NCBI RefSeq assembly: GCF_004010195.1
Contig: NC_057720.1
Span: 31,929,339 to 31,993,338, forward strand
Source: Chiloscyllium plagiosum
Lineage: Eukaryota
DNA: 64,000 nt
Direction of reading: 5' to 3'
In this document: positions 36,230 through 48,900 of the stretch, one piece after another
Position numbering within the stretch: position 1 is the first letter of the stretch
Layout: every line of letters begins with the position of its first letter
The notes under the pieces: generated by a model
The model's database searches: none
What the model was told of the DNA's origin: nothing
Seen by the model: only the letters and a program-made list of their open reading frames with translations
Position numbers and translations under genes: made by a program

Positions 36230-36400
36230 AAAAAACAGAAAGAGAAACCCAGCAGGTTTGGCAGCATCCATGCTGAGAAACACAGAAACAACGTGAATGT
36301 TTTGAGTCTAATTTCTCTTTTTTAAAATTTCAGTTGGAAACCTGCTGAGTTTTTACAGCACATTGTTTTTATTTATAATCTCCAGCATTCACAGTTGTAT
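36230..36400. mobile_element. Degenerate family C fold-back element
   Basis: cagcaggtttggcagcatcc..cctgctgagtttttacagca..ccagcattcacagtt. Confidence 0.55.
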
Positions 36401-37079
36401 GCTTTCATTTCTTCCCAAGCATTCAACTGTCCTGCGAGATTATTATTACATCAACACCTCCCCAAGTAGAAATGCTAAACGACTGCAAGCATGAACCTTA
36501 TGTGTTATTTAAAAGTTGTATTCTAATTTTCTCTCTTATGGATCTTTCTAAATCTTGGGGAGAGGCTCACTTAGACCACAATTTGCATTACTGGTTCACA
36601 GAGATGTGTGGGACTCCACCTGAGGTGGCTATTTACATATGCTGTCATGGATGCTTAGAAAAATAATATCTTGAGATAATAATGCGTGTATTTGTGGTTC
36701 CAACACTACAAATTGCTATTCGATCATTTGCTGGGAATTTAGTGCAGATCACTTTTAATTTTCTTTAAAGATAGAGCATTCGCCATTTTTATTTAATTGT
36801 TGTATATAATGGGATATTTTATAACCTGGTTAATATCTTATTTCAAAATGAACTTTAGCCATGTTTTCTCAATGATGACATGGTGTAATGAAGGTTAAAG
36901 AAAAGTGAAAAGTTATCGGTATGATAAGGAGACTGAAATCTGGAACTTCTGCCACCAAACATGGCCTTTACCATGTTTACATGGGTGTGATTTGGGGGTG
37001 GATTTAATTTTGCACATGCAAGTCTCACAAAGGCAGATGTCTACATAGATCAGCAACAACTTCCTCTGATTTTGGTTAC

Positions 37080-37222
37080 TAAAATAAAAAAAGAACTGCG
37101 GATGCTAGAAGTCTGACGTTCTGACGAAGGGTCACTGGACTTGAAACGTGAACTGCTTTTCTATCTGCAGACGCTGCCAAACCTGCTGAATATCTCCAGG
37201 CCTTCCTGTTTTGTTTCTGTGA
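37080..37222 (+). mobile_element. Family C element with hammerhead-like core at 37118-37153
   Basis: GUU-CUGACGA-A-GGGUC/ACUG/GACUU-GAAA-CGUG-AAC; cleavage position is G, so predicted inactive. Confidence 0.7.
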
Positions 37223-38175
37223 GAAAACAGGCCTTGCATAATTTAGATTTGGTAGAAGTAGGTCTAAATATTGCATAATTCTCTGGAAAGGTGGGGTATT
37301 CTTTTGTATATGGTTTCAGGTCATGCAAGCCATGGTACATTCTTCACAAACAGACTTGGAAGTCCGCTAACATTTGGAAAAAGTGAGTTGCCCTTTGTGA
37401 GAATTCAAATGCCCTTTGGAGTGGTAAGGTACCCATTAGTATTGCTGGAAATAATGTGTAAAAACTGCATAAACCTATTAACTTACAAACTCGTTGGCAC
37501 TGTTAAAAGGAACTTTGAAACTGTCAAGTCATTTAAACGTCCTGACCTTTAAATCTTTAAAGTGAAATGTCTCGAGTGTTTCAAAAATAATTGTGAGGAG
37601 GATGGGGGATCATGAAGTTGCATGGCTTGGTGCGGATGATGAAAGGCGAGTGGGAGCTGTGAGGACAGTTTTATGTTTAATTTTCATTTAAAACGTCATC
37701 ACTGTGCCAGAGTGTCAAGGTAGGCCTTGTATGCAGCCTGCCTCTCACCTGCCAACCTCCACGTGTGTTCCAGGGCCAGCTGGCCAGATTCCCAGAGAAT
37801 CTGACCACCCTGAATGTTAATCTCAACTTTGAGGGCACTTTCGCCCCCACCAGGTTTGTGGAATTCGGATGTGATCCAATAGGTCAGGAACAAAATTTCA
37901 GCTCTCGGTGTTTCATCCTTCACAAGTGCTGCCTGACTTGTTGAGTCGTTTCAGTCATTTCCTGTGAGCACAGGCAGAAAGAAATTAACCTCTCACACCA
38001 CACTTAGCTTGAAAGAAATGAAAATAAAACAGTGAAAAGTCACTGTTCAAGTCTACGTTTATTTTTAGAGTGTTCAGAATTTCTTCCTCAGTTAACAGAA
38101 GAATAGCACTATGGAAATGAAAATTAAGTTCAAAATAATGTAAATAAAAATACTCTTGATTTTTATATCCTTCAG

Positions 38176-38355
38176 CCACCTGGACAGAGGCGAGGAGTTT
38201 GCAGATTGATAGGGGATCTCAGCCATCGGTTCGAAAACTCATCAGTAAGAGACTTGCAGCTTCTCATTTTACAAGTGTCAGCAGGAGCTCTGGTTGCCAG
38301 CAGTAACACAGCCATCAGAGGCCCAGGAACACAGTGCTCTCCCAGAAAACTAAAG
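38176..38355 (+). other. Candidate 180-nt exon of an unidentified gene, pseudogene or lncRNA
   Basis: Acceptor ttttatatccttcag, donor AAG/gtgagt, phase-0 frame open (PPGQRRGVCRL..SPRKLK); no recognised homology. Confidence 0.35.
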
Positions 38356-39139
38356 GTGAGTGACAGCAGCATGGAGTTTGTGGGGTGGATGTTGCAAGAG
38401 AGGGGAGGCAGTGAGGGTCGGACAATTGAGTAAAGTGCCTTTCACTGTCATCATTTCCGCTTCCCAACAATCAGTTGTTTGACGGGTTGAAGACTGCCAG
38501 ATAGTGAGGGGACCAATCACTTTCCCCAGCTCCCCATCCTTAAGAGAGTGCTGGGCTCAGGGATAATGGGTATCCATCGACTTATTAACGAGCCAAATTG
38601 ACATCGTGCCAGTGGCAGCCTGGAATCTCGCTTGAGCTGCTTCTGCCTTCACACTAGTCGGGAAAGGTTTTGCCACAAGTAGGACACTCACCCATGGCCT
38701 CTCTTTAGGAGTGAGGCCAACCATCATCTTATCAAATTTCGCATCTGCCCTTGTGTTGTCTTCTCATAATTCTAACGACTTCCAACAAAACAATTTGAAA
38801 TGGCTTTATTACAACTAAAACTGGTGCATTCAAATATCTCCTCATATTGGTATTTCCTCAAAGCCCAATTTCTTGAAGCCACTAAACCTCAGCTATGACC
38901 TTACCAAGGTTCCATCTAAATTCAACATTATATTTTGATGTTTATGTTCTATGAAACTCAATATCCTATTTGTTTTTAAAGGTCTTACTTACAAGTGTTG
39001 ATGTTTCAATGATTTATCAACCAAGTACATTTCCATTGTGATGTCCCACGATTGTTATTTACATTACCAATTTTTTTCAAAGTATACATCTTTCTATTTC
39101 CACTGCCAGTATAGACCTCTGACAGTGCTACTTTGAATA

Positions 39140-39315
39140 TGCAGCAACAATTTGTATTTATATAGAGTCCTTAACACGGTAAACCATCCCAAAATGCTAA
39201 AACACACTGAGAAGCAAATCAGACGCGGATAAAAAGCTCTGAACGCCTGTTTTAAATGGGATTCATGATTTGAAGGAGCTGATGTTGGACTCGGGTGGAC
39301 AAAGTTAAAAATCAA
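39140..39315. repeat. Inverted duplicate of ~40018-40192
   Basis: Reverse-complement colinear match, including the element/flank junction caaatcatgaatcccattt. Confidence 0.85.
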
Positions 39316-39902
39316 CTATGAATACAACTCTGAATATGACAACTCTAACTTCAATTTTCTCCCCCAGTTGCTGCTCCTAAGAAGTATTTACTTCTGTAGA
39401 GCTGAGATGAGGCTCTAAATGAAGTGGAAAATCAATCCTGCATTCCTGCACTGTTTTTATATATTAACAGCTGCATACGCTTAAATTATAATTTATATGG
39501 AAGTTGGTTTTTCTGTTATGTGTAATTTAAGAAATGTCCTTTAACTGAGTTGTTAGATGCTTTTTGGTGATTATATCAGTGAGTGTACAGACATAGCTAC
39601 TGTTTAAATTAATTGATGTTTTCAAAGAAAAATTCAGATGCTTATGAATGTGGACAGCTGGTTTGCAGGCATTCCATTCTCAGCTATGTTTATGGCCTTA
39701 CATTGGTTTCCTTTTGTCTCATGGATTTAAAAATAGTTCCTAATGAAGTTTCCAAATGAACTTCCAAATGATTTCCTAATGAACTCCAACAGCTGGTAAG
39801 CCTCCCGACCTTTTGTCAGCTGTAAGATCATTGTACCATCAGCACTATTCCATCTGTTGTACTAACAATGTAGAAACCATCATAACATAGTCAATCCCAT
39901 TT

Positions 39903-40066
39903 AAGTTAAAAATCACATAACACCAGGTTATAGTCCAGAAGGTTTATTTGGAAGCACTAGCTTTCTAAGTGCTGTCCACCTGATGAAGAAGCAGTGCTTC
40001 GAAAGCTAGTGTTATGTGATTTTTAACTTTGCCCACCCCAGTCCAATACCGGCTCCTCCAAATCAT
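39903..40066. mobile_element. Fold-back element, family B, with intact hammerhead core at 39977-40011 (+)
   Basis: CAC-CUGAUGA-A-GAAGC/AGU/GCUUC-GAAA-GCUA-GUG; flanks aatcccatttaa / aatcccattttaa. Confidence 0.8.
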
Positions 40067-42099
40067 GAATCCCATTTTAAAAAGGCAGTCACAGCTTTTT
40101 ATCTGAAGTCTGCTTTGTTTCTCAGTGTGTTTTAGTGGCTTGGGATGGTTTACCGTGTTAAGGGCTCTATATAAATACAAATTGTTGTTGTTGAATGAAT
40201 TATTAATGAGATAGAACCGGATTGTTAATTTTAAAATGAAAAAGAACTAGAAAAAAAGGATATTGGAAAACCCATTGAGTGAATCTTCCCAGCCGCTTGG
40301 AATCTGTTTTCGAGGTGGGGTGAATGTGTGAGGAAGATATTGGAAAACCCTAATAGATGGCACTCTGATATTGTCCTGGCTTTGACTGAGGTGGGCTACC
40401 ATGTGAATTGGAAACCTGTATCATGCAAAGACAGCAAATCCAAGCAAGGTCCTAGTCAAGGGACTTTGTCTTCTCCAGATAGCAATCAGAGGCAGTCACC
40501 CTGGTCAATATTCTTTTGACCAAATAGCGATGTTGAATCAGATTGCCATCTATCCAACTGCAATCAGTAGACATGGTCCAGGCCAAGGATTGAACCTGAG
40601 ACTTCTGGTCTGGCCCAGCTATTCACTGAAGAACTCAAAGTTTCAGGGGACACCAATACTGAGTGACAGGATGGGCTCTTCATTCCTTTATTGCCTAACT
40701 TTATTTCCTCTGCATAATATAGCCAATGCCAAAATTGAGGGAATTATATTGGGTCTTACAGTAGTGTAAGACCTTCAGACCTAAGAGGCCTGGGTTCAAG
40801 TTCCACCTGCTCCAGTGGTGTGTCATAAAATCTCCAAGCAGATTGATTTAAAATATCTACTTTTCAATTGTATGACTAAAATTGAAAAGTTGTGAAATGG
40901 GCATTGACAGGCTTTTGTTCTTAAGGCGTCACATGTGCTGAGTTGTGCCTATGCCTTATTGTGGTCATTCTGAACTGTTTTAAAGACAAGGTTACAATCA
41001 AGCAAATTAGCAAATAAGATTTTTGATTATTTTAAGAAAAGATTGTTTACATGTGCCCAAAGATCCATAACTAATAATTTTTGATGGTGACTTATATTAT
41101 TCAGATACAACTCTTTTAAGTGAAGTTATTCCATTGTTCAGGAGTACAAAGTTTTGAAGAATTCAACGAACTTTGGGTGACATTGTCTTACTAAAGCTCT
41201 ACACACCAGTGATTAATTCAATTCTTCCACTGTTTTAGGAATTCATTCACTGCTGGATATATCTTTTACAATTAAAGAAGAGCAGATTTACAGAGTAATT
41301 GCAAAAACTATTGAGCAGTGATAGTGGGTGACTTTAATTATGCTAACATAGATTGGGCTATTGTCAAGGGCAAATGGAAAAAGAGCTTCTGAAATGTGCT
41401 AGGTCTGATTCTGGGGACAGAGTTGGTCAAATGGATCACAGTTCTCTTTGCATCAGAACATTGCACATCTGTCACATAAAGGCATTGCACACATGTCTTG
41501 CAAATACTCAGTGAAATGTAACAATGCATATCATAACCAGAACCCTCCACTCAACACCCCTCCTCTGCCTTCCTGTCCTTGCAAGCATCAGTCCTCCACA
41601 CATTCGCCAACTGACATAAACCCACAAGTGTGGTTGAAACCATCCATGGTACACCTCACTTACCATGCCATGATGACCTGTTCAACCCACATTATTTACT
41701 GACTTCTACTTTGGCTCCCCATCTGAAGCACCTTCATGACAGCAAGACCTAATGTCAGATGTCCTTTTGAGAAAGGAATGGAAAATGCAAAAAGTTACTG
41801 ATACATTTGTTGTGATAAACCCCGTGCATCAAATGGCAAGGTCTGAACTGCCATGCCAAGTATGATGTTTGCTAAGCAGGTTCAGGACAGGTCAGAATAC
41901 CTGAGCAACCAACCTTCAATGCTGAATTCTCAATACAAATCCCTTGAGTATTTATGTAGAGACACAAATAATGGTGCACATTAGCAGAACCCATCCCCTC
42001 AATACAAGAAGTAACAGGCTATTCACCTTAAATTCAACAAATGAAGGTATTGCTTGGCTTTGGGAACTTGCTATTTTATTATTTAATGAATATAAATCC

Positions 42100-43990
42100 A
42101 GCATCGGTATGAGAATATTTAGGGAACAGAGATCAGAGTAATATTAAAATTTTGCTTTGCTGTGGCAAAGAAATGGAAACAAGCCAGAATAATAATACTT
42201 AATATGAGGAGCATCATTTTCACTGAGGTGGGAATGGATCTGTTCCAGTTGTGTTGGAGTTGAAGATTGACAGGCAGATCTGTAGGGAACAGTTGTCTAC
42301 TTTTATAAAGGACACAGTTCAGGCACATTCCCAAGAGAAGGAAATGTAGAACAAACAAATTCAGAGTTCCCTAGATGAGAAAATAGATAAAGAGTAAGAT
42401 GGAGCATGATGGATGTGAGATTAATAAAAAAGCAAGAATCAGGCTGAATGTGGAAAAGGCAGAGAGGTGAAAAAGGAAAGAGAGACAAAGAAAGACAATA
42501 TGAGAAGAAACTGGCAGACAACATAAAAGGGAATCAAAAACCTTCTGTAGGCATATCAATAATAATAGGGTACTGAGAGAACGGGAGGTGATACTCAAGA
42601 TCTAAATGCGGATGTGTGCGTGGTGTCAGAAGGTATGGTTGAGTATTAAATGAATACTTTGCATCCATCTATCAAGGAAGAAAATGCTGCCAAGGTCTTG
42701 GTGAAAAGAGGAACAGTTTAGGTACAGGATGGCATAAACTTTATCAAGAGGTGGTAAAATTTATTAAACGTATCCAAGGATAGGGAAGTAAAGAAAGAAA
42801 TTGGGGAGTACTGGCCATTATCCTGCAATCAGCTCTGGATGGATACAATGGTGTTGCTAGACCATTTATTGTATTTACAACTCAAATACTTTCAAGTTTT
42901 CTTCTGCAAATTTTGAAATTTCTCCTGCACTTTCAAATCCAGGTAATTAATATGTATCAGGAAAAGCAGTGATTTTATTATTGACATGTAGGGAACACTA
43001 CTGCATACCTTTCTTCAAACTGGAAAAATAGCCATTTGAGAGGAAATAGGCTTGTAGAGTAGACTGACACAGGGCAAATTAAATTTAATGCAGAGAATTG
43101 TGAAGTTTTCCATTTTGGTGGGAAGAAAGAGAATAGTAATATAAAGTGATGTATACAACTCTGAAAAAAAGATACAGAACATCAGAGAAATCTGAGGTAT
43201 AAATCATGGAAAGTGGTGGGGCAGGTTCAAAAAGTGTTTTAAAAGGAATATGAGATCTCTGGTAATATAAGTAGAGGGATAGAGACAAGACCATTGAATG
43301 TATAACAATTAGATTAGATTAGATTACTTACAGTGTGGAAACAGGCCCTTCGGCCCAACAAGTCCACACCGACCCGCCGAAGCGTATACCACCCAGACCC
43401 ATACTCCTACATTTACCCCTTCACCTAACACTACGGGCAATTTAGCATGGCCAATTCACCTAACCTGCACATTTTTGGATTGTGGGAGGAAACCGGAGCA
43501 CCCGGAGGAAACCCATGCAGACACGGGGAGAACGTGCAAACTCCATACAGAGAGTCGCCTGAGGCGGAAGTTGAACCCGGGTCTCAGGCGCTGTGAGGCA
43601 GCAGTGCTAGCCACTGTGCCACTGTGCCGCCCACAAACACTATTTTGGCCGGAACTGAAGTATTGCATCCAGATCTGAGCACTAAACTTTAGTAATGATG
43701 AAACGTGTTTAGAAAAGGTATGGAAAAGATTCATGCAAATTGTTCCAGGGATAAGAGACTTTAGGTGCAAGGATAGTTTGGAGAAGCTGTGACTGTTCTC
43801 CTGAGAGAAGAGATGGTTTGTTTTTAAGAGGTTTGAAAGTGATGTTCAAAATCATGAAGGTACTAGAGTAGATAGAGCAAAATTGTTTCCATTGGCAGAA
43901 GGATTGTGAATCAGAAGACATCATTTGTCTTATGCAGCGAGTCATTAGTACAGGCTGAATAGCCTCCTTCCTTGCTGTTACCGTTTGTAT
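42100..43990 (+). mobile_element. Old, heavily decayed CR1 ORF2 fragments
   Basis: aaatgaatactttgcatcc, tttaatgcagagaattgtgaagttttccattttgg, ccggaactgaagtattgcatccagatctgagc. Confidence 0.6.
43310..43634 (-). mobile_element. HE1-type V-SINE, full length
   Basis: Head, V-domain, tail and (AGATT)n. Confidence 0.9.
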
Positions 43991-44039
43991 GATTTTATGA
44001 TTCTTGACTGCCAGCAGACTTTGACACACACCAACTCTC

Positions 44040-44860
44040 TACTGTTCTTCAACTAGATGGGACTGCTCTCACTTGATTCAATTCATTTATCTATTTAATC
44101 ATTGCCAGAAAATCAACTGCAACACCTTTTCTTCCTACTCCTGTACAGTTGCTACAAGTGTTCCTCAAGGATTTATCCCTATTCCTCACTTCCAGGCTAC
44201 AGTTTGGTTACATCACCTGAAAACACATCCATATGTATACAGGCAACTCTACCTCACCACCATCTGTCTGACCTCTCCATTGTCACTAAATTATCAGACT
44301 GTTAGTTCACATTCAGTATTGGAAGAACAGAAATTTCTTCCTACTAAATATTGAGAAAATCCAAAGTCATTGCCCTCTCACTTGCAACTGTCTGAGGTTC
44401 ATCAAGCCAATTTGATCTTCGTGATATAAATTACCAAAAATTAAGTTTGCAACAATATATCTGTGACATCTCTCAAACAACATGTTTCCAACATTGTAAC
44501 TCCCTTGAATCCATTGTTGCCTCAGCCAATCTGCTGCTGAAGTCCTCAGTGCCTTTATTACCTCTACATTTAAGCATTCCAATATATTCCTGACAAGCCT
44601 GCGCATGTTCTGCACTCCAAAAAATTGTAATTTAAAATTCTGCTGTCCATGTCTTAACTCAGACCAAGTCCCATTCCAACCTCTTTCTCCTGTTTTAAGA
44701 TGCTCCTTAAAACAACCTCATTGTTTAAGCTTTCGATCATCTGCCTTGTGGTTTGGGTGCGGTTTGCTGTCAAATGTTGTTTTCCAAGCACGTACAGAAG
44801 CACTTTAGGATGTTTTAGTACAGTAGAGGCATCACATAATATAAGACGGTGTTGTCATTA
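44040..44860 (+). mobile_element. Decayed L2 LINE 3' region
   Basis: SVPQG motif, QLYLTT, and L2-type 3' tail (aagcactttaggatgtttt..tataag). Confidence 0.55.
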
Positions 44861-45080
44861 ATGTCACTTTACAATAAATATTGTCCATCAGGATATCTTA
44901 GTTTGTTGTTGTACTAACACCTGTAGTTGCAGTCAGTTTGCTTTGAATATCAGAATTAGAGACAGATGATGGATTAATGTAATGAAATCCTTTATTTTCT
45001 CAGTGTGTTGTGGATTTGTATTAATAGACATAGGCCTGCATCAGCAATCATCATTATATTGGCCATGGCCATGAATTGGC

Positions 45081-45184
45081 CATGGTAAATTGCCCATAGT
45101 GTTAGGCGCATTAGTCAGAGGGAAATGGGTCAGTATGGACTGGTTGGGCTGAAGGGCCTATTTCTGCACTGTAAGGAATCTAAT
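45081..45184 (+). mobile_element. HE1 SINE 3' fragment
   Basis: aattggccatggtaaattgcccatagtgttagg..gaagggcc. Confidence 0.7.
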
Positions 45185-45732
45185 ATTGCTACTCTATTTG
45201 AAATTTTGATCATCCTGATGTTTCTTGACTTTTCTTGTTGGGCCTTCCAAGCCCAGCTTCTTCTGAAAGTAGAATGAGCCTTTAATCAGAGAGGGCTTCA
45301 TCGCAACACTGAACTATTGGGGCGAGAAACCAGACATGTCCCCTTTTTATGGCACTAGCTACTGTAAAGGACATTTAAAGTTTAAAAGGCTTGTGAATGA
45401 GCAAAGGAGTAGGGTGATACAGCTGGGTAGGTGAGTGAGGTAACTAGGATAGTAGATAAAGTGGAAGATGGAAGAGATGGAAGGTGTATGGAATAGCAGG
45501 TGGATAAGGTATGAGTGGGTAGAGTGTTTTTGGAAATGGGTGGGTGATTTGGGTAGGTGGATCAAGGCGTAGCTGGATCACAGCATGGTCATAGGGGAGT
45601 GGGATTGGGGTGGAGTGGTCAGTTGGTGGGGAGTTAGCATGACTGGGAGGGGTACTCAGGACATACGGGGTCAGGAGACGGTAGACAAGTTATGCTGGGG
45701 AGTAGACAGAGGGTTTAGAGGTGGGTGGTTGA

Positions 45733-45962
45733 TGTAGTGATTGTAATGAGGTCAGCCAGGTAGACCTCATTGAATATGAGTTCCCTGGTTGAGCTGTTAA
45801 TCTAATCCAATCAGGGAGCTCTGGCTGACAGATATGAACAGGAGTTGTAGAGGTTCTATTAACTCTGAGAGCTGGCTGTGATAGAGCTGGGTCAGTGTCA
45901 TTTTCACGTGTAAATAAAGGATGACTTGGTGACAGGATACTGGCCTCTGTAGAGTTATTTCT
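45733..45962 (+). mobile_element. Solo LTR with 5-bp target-site duplication
   Basis: Starts TGTAGTG, contains AATAAA, ends TTTCT (degenerate CA), exact gttga on both sides; homologous to 35346-35570. Confidence 0.75.
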
Positions 45963-47654
45963 GTTGAGTTTCAATGTACAGTTGAAACTTTTGGAGTGTA
46001 GTTGTGTGCTTGGGGATAGGGAGGTCAGAGGTCAAAAGGGCCAGTCAGGTGGTCTTGGTGATGGAGTAGGGGCATCTGCAGAATCTGAAATTAAAAAAAA
46101 GAAAATGTTGGAAATTCTAGGCAAGTCTGTGGTCAGAGAAACGGGGATAACATTTTGGCTCAATAATCTTCTGACAAAAATCATTGACCCAATAAAAATA
46201 TAATTAATATTTTTGTATTAATATCAGGGAAAGCTTACACTACTGAAATCCAACGAAAGATGGTTTATATCTAGAACAAATCTTACTACGCTAAACTCAC
46301 ACAGTCAATGCTACTAGATGCACAGGCAAAATTTCCTTTGGCTGAAAAGTACCCTTATGATTAAAATGCCTTGTAAAATGAGCCTGTATTCTAGCAGGAG
46401 AACATCAACACTCTGTATACCATCGTGTCATGCTAATGCAATGGGAGGTAGTCTTTTTGAAAACATCATTTTGAAGACTCTTTTGATTCAGAGATTTTAA
46501 AAATATGACCTGCTTTGATTTCTATTTTCGAGCGTATGATACACAACTCTGCCAAAAAGAAAAGCAGGCACTGCTTCAGCTATTTCCAGTTACATATTTC
46601 TTTTCAATGATGTATTTGTGGGTCATGCAATTTCCAATAAATCCTTTGTGTACCTTGATTTGTTTTTGAACTGTCTCAGAACTGAAAGGTAAATAAAATT
46701 TACATTTGAACAGCGTACAATAAATTTTCCTGGTTCCGAACGTTTTCCACTTTATAAAAATTGGGTAGAGGGGTATAAATAGACTCCCAGAGATAATTAT
46801 AACTGAGTCAATGATCCTCTCCATGTCAGTACCAGTAGAAAACTAATAGGATCACAGCAGATATCCAATTTGACTCTCTGTTTTTAAAATGTCTATATTC
46901 TGATTCCAGCTTTGTTCGTGTGTTGTGGCAAAGCAACATTTCCTACCCATATCCCAGCTTCCCTAAATGTAAAGAGAGTGAACAGCCTAAGGACAGGTCC
47001 AGATCTGGTAGAGGCAACGATTCTTCTTCCCTGAAGAACTTTAGTGAACGAGTAGCATTTTAAAGATAAAATTTCCTGGTCATTTTTGGATTCCAGCTTA
47101 CAAACTACCAAATAAATTGAGATCAATTTCCGATATTCTGGATTCTAGCAGCCACTCCCATATTCATATCGCTACTATTTCTAGTAAGCAGGCTATCTTC
47201 AAGAAATATATCTCCCAACCACTCCATTTGTTCCTTTAGAGTAGAATAAAACAGAATATACTTTATTGTCGGGTGTACTCAAGTACAGAAATACAGGAGG
47301 ATAGTGAAAATGTCACCTCTAATGCCATCTAAGGTACAGGCACCGAGGTACAAATCTTAAATACAAAAAGAGGAATAAAAAAGAAAAGTAATTGCATTAC
47401 TTTACAGTAATCTATAGTAAAAGTTTGAAATGATACTTAGTTAAAAGGATAGACAACACAATCAGATAAACAAATTACAAATAAACATTACATTGCAGTA
47501 ACTCAGCACAGGGTCTTCCACATGTGGTCTGACCACCTGCGCCATCCCCAGTTGAACAACCATTCTCGCACTGCCCCAAGACTCCAGTCTGCTTTGCACC
47601 AGCTCTCAAATTCTCCAAGGTAAGTTTTCACCAGGACTACTTCTCCGTCCCACC

Positions 47655-48900
47655 CTCTACTCCGGCACTCACTTCCCTGCACCGGCCACCATTCCAGGAC
47701 TCACTTCCCCACACCGGCCTCCACTCCAGGACTGACATCGCCACACCGGCCTCCACTCTGGCACTCACTTCCCTGCACCGGCCACCATTCCAGGACTCAC
47801 TTCCCCACACCGACCTCCACTCCAGGACTCACATCGCCACACCAGCCTCCACTCTGGGACTCACTTCCCCGCAATGGCCTCCACTCTGGGACTCACTTCT
47901 CTGCAACGGCCTCCACTCTGGGACTCACTTACTTCTCTGCAACGGCCTCCACTCTGGGACTCACTTCTCTGCAATGGCCTCCACTCTGGGACTCACTTCT
48001 CTGCAACGGCCTCCACTCTGGGACTCACTTCCCTGCAACGGCCTCCACTCTGGGACTCACTTCCCTGCACCGGCCTCCACTCTGGGACTCACTTCCGTGC
48101 ACCGGCCTCCACTCTGGGACTCCCATCGCCACACCGGCCTCCTCTCTGGGACTCACTTCCCTGCACCAGCCTCCACTCCAGGACTCACTTCCTCACACTG
48201 GCCTCCACTCTGGGACTCACTTCTCTGCACCGGCCTCCACTCTGGGACTCACTTCCCCGCACCGGCCTCCACTCCAGGACTCACTTCCTCACACCGGCTT
48301 CCACTCTGGGACTCACTTCCCCGCACTGGCCTCCACTCTGGGACTCACTTTCTCGCACTGGCTTCCACTCTGGGACTCACTTCCCTGCACCGGCCTCCAC
48401 TCTGGGACTCACTTCCCCGCACCGGCCTCCACTCTGGGACTCACTTCCTCGCACTGGCTTCCACTCTGGGACTCACTTCCCTGCACCGGCCTCCACTCTG
48501 GGACTCACTTCCTCACACCCGCCTCCACTCCGGGACAAATTTCCCCACAACAGCGTCCACTCCCGGACTCACTTCCCCACACCGGCCTTCACCCCTGGAC
48601 TCAGTTCCTCACACCAGCCTCCACTCAGGGACACACTTCCCCACAACAGCCTCCACTCTGGGACAAATTTCCCCGCAACAGCTCCACTCAGGGACACACT
48701 TGCACACACCAGCCTCCACTCTGGGACACATTTCCCCGCACTGGCCTCCACTCCGGAACACACACTTCTTTACACCGGCCTTCACCCCTGGACTCACTTC
48801 CTCATACCAGCCTCCACTCTGGGACACATTTCCCCACATCAGCCTCCACTCTGGGACTCAATTCCCCGCACTGGCCTCCACTCCAGGACTCACATCCCTG
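47655..48900. repeat. 32-bp minisatellite, roughly 39 copies
   Basis: Unit ggcctccactctgggactcacttccctgcacc; homogeneous centre, diverged edges. Confidence 0.95.

Noticed and set aside
45400..45730. G-rich, purine-biased tract
   Set aside because: Low-complexity sequence without a definable unit or coding signal
47655..48900. CRISPR-like periodicity
   Set aside because: Head-to-tail units with no unique spacers, no cas genes, vertebrate context
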